Positions 59,616-64,000 of a stretch of 64,000 nt of DNA are shown one piece after another. Each line of letters begins with the position of its first letter. Position 1 is the stretch's first letter. This stretch comes from Candidatus Hydrogenedentota bacterium (GTDB lineage: Bacteria > Hydrogenedentota > Hydrogenedentia > Hydrogenedentales > SLHB01): assembly GCA_045863295.1 (NCBI GenBank), contig BTWA01000002.1:32001-96000 (forward strand), written 5' to 3'. Both the position numbers and the translations under genes were made by a program. The notes under the pieces are model-generated. The model worked only from the letters and a program-made list of their open reading frames with translations. It was not told the DNA's origin and searched no databases.

Positions 59616-60494
59616 ATGAACTGCATTATCTCGCTCCGAAATGCCGGCATGGCCGCTGTGCTGGCGGTATGCGCGGGCTGCACGCCCAATGTCATCAACG
59701 GCACCGTCACGGATATCCGGGGCGAGGCCCTGCCCGGTGTCGCCGTAGAGATTGTCGGCATGGACCGGCAGGCGCTCACGAACCCGCGCGGCGAGTACAA
59801 ACTTCGCTATGCCCAGGCGGAAACGTTGTCGCTCGCCTTTTTCAAAACGGGCTACACTCCGGGACTTGTCGAATTACCCATCGAAGGGCCATCCGCCAAG
59901 CAGGTAACGCCGGTGGCGCTCTGGCCGCTGCCCAATGTCAATGGCGTGTTCTTGTACGAAGATTTCGAATACATTCGCGCGCGGCCCGTGGAGCCGGAAA
60001 GGTACGTTACCGATGCAACGGGAACCGTATATGGGACGCTGACGTCATCCGACGTCGGCACGACGAATCCCGAGCCGCTGATCCTATGCTATAAGATGCC
60101 GAAGTACGGCGCCCATTTGTACAAGTTGGCCACGCTCGAAGGACGATTGCAGGAATCCGGCGAGGAAGGCGACATGCTGAACGTGCTCGTCCCCGTGCGC
60201 GAAATTCCGATCGCTTACACCGCCATCGACGAACCCCAGGGGCAACTTATGCAAATACAGCCTCTGCAACCGCTCGCACCCGATTCGTATGTTGTCGAGT
60301 TCGGGGTGGTTTCCGGCGAGAACGTGCGTGAGACCCGCATGTTCCTCTTCTACGTGTTCGACCCGATGCTGGCCCCGCCTGCGACAGAGGAAACCGCCGC
60401 CGAAGAAAAGCCGGAGGAGGCCGGCGAACCCAAATCCAGCGAACGGGAATCCAATCCCGACGAAGCTTCCGCGGATGACAGCGGCGGTTTCTGA
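59616..60494 (+). CDS. Putative lipoprotein with carboxypeptidase-regulatory-like domain and acidic tail
   Basis: AVCAGC lipobox-like motif; INGTVTDIRGEALPGVAV...TNPRGEY...FFKTGY. Confidence 0.75.
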   Translation: MNCIISLRNAGMAAVLAVCAGCTPNVINGTVTDIRGEALPGVAVEIVGMDRQALTNPRGEYKLRYAQAETLSLAFFKTGYTPGLVELPIEGPSAKQVTPVALWPLPNVNGVFLYEDFEYIRARPVEPERYVTDATGTVYGTLTSSDVGTTNPEPLILCYKMPKYGAHLYKLATLEGRLQESGEEGDMLNVLVPVREIPIAYTAIDEPQGQLMQIQPLQPLAPDSYVVEFGVVSGENVRETRMFLFYVFDPMLAPPATEETAAEEKPEEAGEPKSSERESNPDEASADDSGGF

Positions 60495-60560
60495 GAAAAG
60501 GTGAGCCGCGAGAGCCTGTTGCCCCCGCGGCCCCAAATGGGAACTGGTCCGGCGTCCGCC

Positions 60561-61625
60561 TTACTTACCGGAGACTATCCGGGTTTCCGTCAGGATCGTA
60601 TTCATGGAAGCGTCAATTTCCGCGTCGTCCGTGCCGATTGGCTTTTCCTGGCGGTACAGGAACCAATGCTCGACATGTTCCACCGATCCGCCGTTCGCGG
60701 CGAGCACAGAGAGCGGCCCCACGGTTTCCATTTCGAGCATGTCCGCATCGGTGTAGGATTCTGTGTTGCACCCATAATCCACGTAGTGCGCATCACCCGC
60801 GAACGCGTATCGCTTCAAGAACAGATTGTCGTTCAACGAATAGGCGATCCAACCCTGCTTGTTGAGAAAACCAAACTTCTGTTTGGTCGTGGCCTTGGGG
60901 TCCTGCTGCAATTGGACGTATTTCCTGCCCCATGTCCATCGCGGATCGGTCATGTCCGTGTAATGCCAAAGCACCAGCGGCCGGGCAGGAAGCAGATATT
61001 CGGGGTGTGACTTGTATTCCTCTTGCGGAAAGATGCCGCGACCGCCCGGCGCCATCACGGTCAGCGCCCACGGCGCGAGCGATACATCCCATACATTGCG
61101 ATTAATGAGCCGGTGACGAACGGTGACATGGGACGAGTCCGGCGCGAGTTCGATCTCAATCTGCTTTTGAATGCCGGTTGATTCTTCCGTGGGCTGCGTC
61201 AAGCGCAGAATGCTGCCGTTCCATTCGTGTTGAACAGGACTATTGTCCAGCGCATACGTGCGCGGCGACGCCTCGGGCGCGTGCCACAAGCGGTGACCGC
61301 CATAAATGTTCCACGCATCGCCGCCGGACTTGCCCATTTGATCCGCATACTCTTTAAACACATTCGGGCCGTCCACGAATCCGTAGCGAATGATGCGCGG
61401 TCCAACATCCGTCGTAGCGATCAGTTCGACAAGGCCATTGCTAAGCTTGACGCAGTTTGCCCAACCGCCGTAGGACACCTTCTCAAATTTGACCGCATTG
61501 GGCGGCGTCGCACCCCAACGATTGTTTCTAATGGCTATACCGGATCCGATCGACAGATTTTGCAGCTCCGCCGATGCGGCCAACCCAAATAGAACTGCCG
61601 CCAAGAATGTAGTCACGGTCCGCAT
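60561..61625 (-). CDS. Secreted galactose-mutarotase-like (DUF4380-like) protein
   Basis: Signal peptide; YGGWANC..LSNG.VEL..TTDVGPRII, GGHRLWHAPE and LEMETVGPL. Confidence 0.7.
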   Translation of the reverse strand: MRTVTTFLAAVLFGLAASAELQNLSIGSGIAIRNNRWGATPPNAVKFEKVSYGGWANCVKLSNGLVELIATTDVGPRIIRYGFVDGPNVFKEYADQMGKSGGDAWNIYGGHRLWHAPEASPRTYALDNSPVQHEWNGSILRLTQPTEESTGIQKQIEIELAPDSSHVTVRHRLINRNVWDVSLAPWALTVMAPGGRGIFPQEEYKSHPEYLLPARPLVLWHYTDMTDPRWTWGRKYVQLQQDPKATTKQKFGFLNKQGWIAYSLNDNLFLKRYAFAGDAHYVDYGCNTESYTDADMLEMETVGPLSVLAANGGSVEHVEHWFLYRQEKPIGTDDAEIDASMNTILTETRIVSGK

Positions 61626-61764
61626 GTGTGCACCCCTCCGGTTGTGATGCTTCCCCTCTTTGTACGAGACATCTTAGCACACGGCCCCTTCTGCAAACCG
61701 GGTCATTGCCGCCACGAATTGACGGATCCATTCTCCATGCCATTGCGCAGCGAACAGAACTTGG

Positions 61765-63999
61765 CTACAGATTCAGATACCTCAGCCGCAAAGCGTTGCC
61801 AATCACGGAAACCGAGCTCAGGCTCATGGCCGCCGCGGCGATCATGGGACTCAACACGATGCCGAACACGGGATATAACGCGCCAGCGGCAATGGGAATG
61901 CTCAGCCCGTTGTAAATGAACGCGAGAAACAAGTTTTGCCGGATGTTTCGCATGACGCCCCGGCTGAGTTTTCGAGCGCGCAGAATGGCACGAAGATCGC
62001 CTTTGATCAAGGTAATTCCGGCGCTTTCCATGGCCACATCCGCGCCGGTCCCCATTGCAATGCCCACGTGGGCCGCCGCCAGCGCGGGCGCATCGTTGAC
62101 ACCATCACCGGCCATGGCAACCGTGTGACCCGCCTGTTGCAAGGCGCGCACGATCCGTGATTTGTCGCCGGGCAACACTTCGGCGTGCACTTCGTCGATG
62201 CCCAGTTCGCGGGCGATCGATTCGGCGGTGACGCGGTTATCTCCCGTCAACATAATCACGTGGATACCCTCGCGCCGCAGTTGGCTGATTGCCTCCGGCG
62301 TAGTGGACTTCACCCGATCAGCGAGGCCGATCACGCCCGCCAACGCGCCATCGACCGCCACATGGATGACCGTGTGCCCCCGAGCCCGCAATTCACGCGC
62401 GTTTGTCTCCAGCGCTTCCACAGCGATGCCGTCCTCATCTAAAAAGGCCGCACTGCCCAGAAGGACGCGACGGCCTTCCACCGCTACGCGCACCCCTTTT
62501 CCGGCAATGCTTTCAAATTGTTCCGGCTTCGGCAGGGTCAAGTGCCGATCCCTGGCGCCGGATACGATGGCTTCGGCAAGCGGGTGTTCACTTCCACGTT
62601 CGGCTGCGGCCGCGATTCTCAACAGCTCGCTTTCGTCAAAGCCATTTGCCGCCACAACGGATGCAATACTTGGCTTGCCTTCAGTAAGGGTTCCTGTCTT
62701 GTCTACAACGAGCACGTCCACGCGTTCGAAAGTTTCGAGCGCTTCGGCGTTCTTGATGAGTACGCCCGCCGTAGCCCCCCGGCCCACGCCGACCATAATT
62801 GACATCGGCGTGGCCAAGCCCAACGCACACGGACAGGCAATGATCAACACCGCCACCGCGCTATATATGGCATGTGCGAGGCGAGGTTCCGGACCCGCGA
62901 AGAGCCAGCCTCCAAACGCGATTGCCGCGGCCACCGCCACCGCCGGTACAAAATAGCCGGAGACGACATCCGCCATTCGTTGGATGGGCGCCCGGGTTCG
63001 CTGCGCTTCGGATACCATCCGCACAATTTGTCCGAGCATCGTGTCTTTGCCAACGCGGTCCGCCTGGAACACAAAACTACCGCTTTGATTGATCGTGCCG
63101 CCCGTTACTCGGTCGTCCGGGCGCTTCTCCTGCGGCAGCGACTCGCCCGTGATCAAAGATTCATCGACGTAACTACCGCCTTCGATCACGACGCCGTCAA
63201 CCGGTACGCGCTCGCCGGGCCGCACGCGCAGCCGATCCCCAACATGTACGTGCTCCAGGGGCACATCGTCTTCCCGGCCTTCGTCCAGCACCTTCCGAGC
63301 CGTCCTGGGGGTCAGGCCCAGCAACGATTTGATCGCGCTGGAAGTTCGGCTGCGCGCCTTCAATTCCATGACCTGTCCAAGCAAAACCAATGCAATGATG
63401 ACGGCTGCCGCTTCGAAGTAGACTGCAACGTGGCCGCCGTGCCCTTTCGCGGCTTCGGGGAATAGTCCCGGAGCGATCAACGCAAGCACGCTGTAGGCGT
63501 ACGCCACGCCGGTGCCCATGGCAATGAGCGTGAACATGTTCAGATTCCACGTCGCCACCGATCGCCATCCTCGAACAAAGAACGGCCAGCCGCACCACGC
63601 CACCACCGGCGTCGCCAGGAGAAATTGAATCCACAGTTGCGCAGTCATCAGCGAGTCGTAGGGGATGGACATACGATCCGCCACCGCGTGGCCCACCAGC
63701 ATCTCGCCCATGGACAACACAAACACCGGTACTGCCAGTGCGCACGCAATCCGGAAACGCCAGATCATGTCGTCCAATTCGGGATTGCGATCGTCGATCA
63801 GGATTTCGCGGGCTTCCAGCGCCATCCCGCACTTCGGGCATTCGCCCGGATGGTCCTGCACGATTTCTGGATGCATTGGGCAGGTGAATTCCACGCGGCC
63901 GGCCGGCAATGAAGTCTCCGCGGGTTCCAACGCCATGCCACACTTCGGACACGTGCCCGGCCCTTTCTGTCGCACACCCTCGCACATGGGGCAGATGTA
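61765..63999 (-). CDS. copA: Copper-translocating P1B-type ATPase, 5'-truncated by the window edge
   Basis: Heavy-metal-binding repeats CPM(C/H)..[50 protein letters not shown] and MSLSS. Confidence 0.95.
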   Translation of the reverse strand, partial: YICPMCEGVRQKGPGTCPKCGMALEPAETSLPAGRVEFTCPMHPEIVQDHPGECPKCGMALEAREILIDDRNPELDDMIWRFRIACALAVPVFVLSMGEMLVGHAVADRMSIPYDSLMTAQLWIQFLLATPVVAWCGWPFFVRGWRSVATWNLNMFTLIAMGTGVAYAYSVLALIAPGLFPEAAKGHGGHVAVYFEAAAVIIALVLLGQVMELKARSRTSSAIKSLLGLTPRTARKVLDEGREDDVPLEHVHVGDRLRVRPGERVPVDGVVIEGGSYVDESLITGESLPQEKRPDDRVTGGTINQSGSFVFQADRVGKDTMLGQIVRMVSEAQRTRAPIQRMADVVSGYFVPAVAVAAAIAFGGWLFAGPEPRLAHAIYSAVAVLIIACPCALGLATPMSIMVGVGRGATAGVLIKNAEALETFERVDVLVVDKTGTLTEGKPSIASVVAANGFDESELLRIAAAAERGSEHPLAEAIVSGARDRHLTLPKPEQFESIAGKGVRVAVEGRRVLLGSAAFLDEDGIAVEALETNARELRARGHTVIHVAVDGALAGVIGLADRVKSTTPEAISQLRREGIHVIMLTGDNRVTAESIARELGIDEVHAEVLPGDKSRIVRALQQAGHTVAMAGDGVNDAPALAAAHVGIAMGTGADVAMESAGITLIKGDLRAILRARKLSRGVMRNIRQNLFLAFIYNGLSIPIAAGALYPVFGIVLSPMIAAAAMSLSSVSVIGNALRLRYLNL

Positions 64000-64000
64000 G

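Overview
A GC-rich (roughly 60% by eye), gene-dense bacterial chromosome segment. The gene content (PVC-type CxxCH protein, PSD1/DUF1553 plus DUF1501, CehA/McbA hydrolase, carboxypeptidase-regulatory-like repeat proteins, a GT9 enzyme) suggests a diderm of the PVC-adjacent or Hydrogenedentota type; this is inference only. Housekeeping genes: tilS-hpt, cls, infC-rpmI-rplT-hisA-tyrA-tmk-holB-ricT-tatD, metH and a truncated copA. There are two surface-glycan clusters (8.1-14.2 kb and 31.6-40.0 kb) and a hicAB pair. The most notable non-coding structure is a REP-associated tyrosine transposase (RAYT) at 21.6-22.1 kb, bracketed by two ~195-bp REPIN-like elements. These are built from TGGACT-tailed double-hairpin arms, and a related element lies 30 kb away at 52.57-52.79 kb. 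Two tandem low-GC paralogous membrane genes sit next to the RAYT. An L20-leader-like attenuator, with a visible terminator/antiterminator switch, precedes infC, which probably starts at ATC. No rRNA, tRNA, CRISPR array, integrase or prophage was seen. Product calls come from recognising motifs by eye; no database searches were run.
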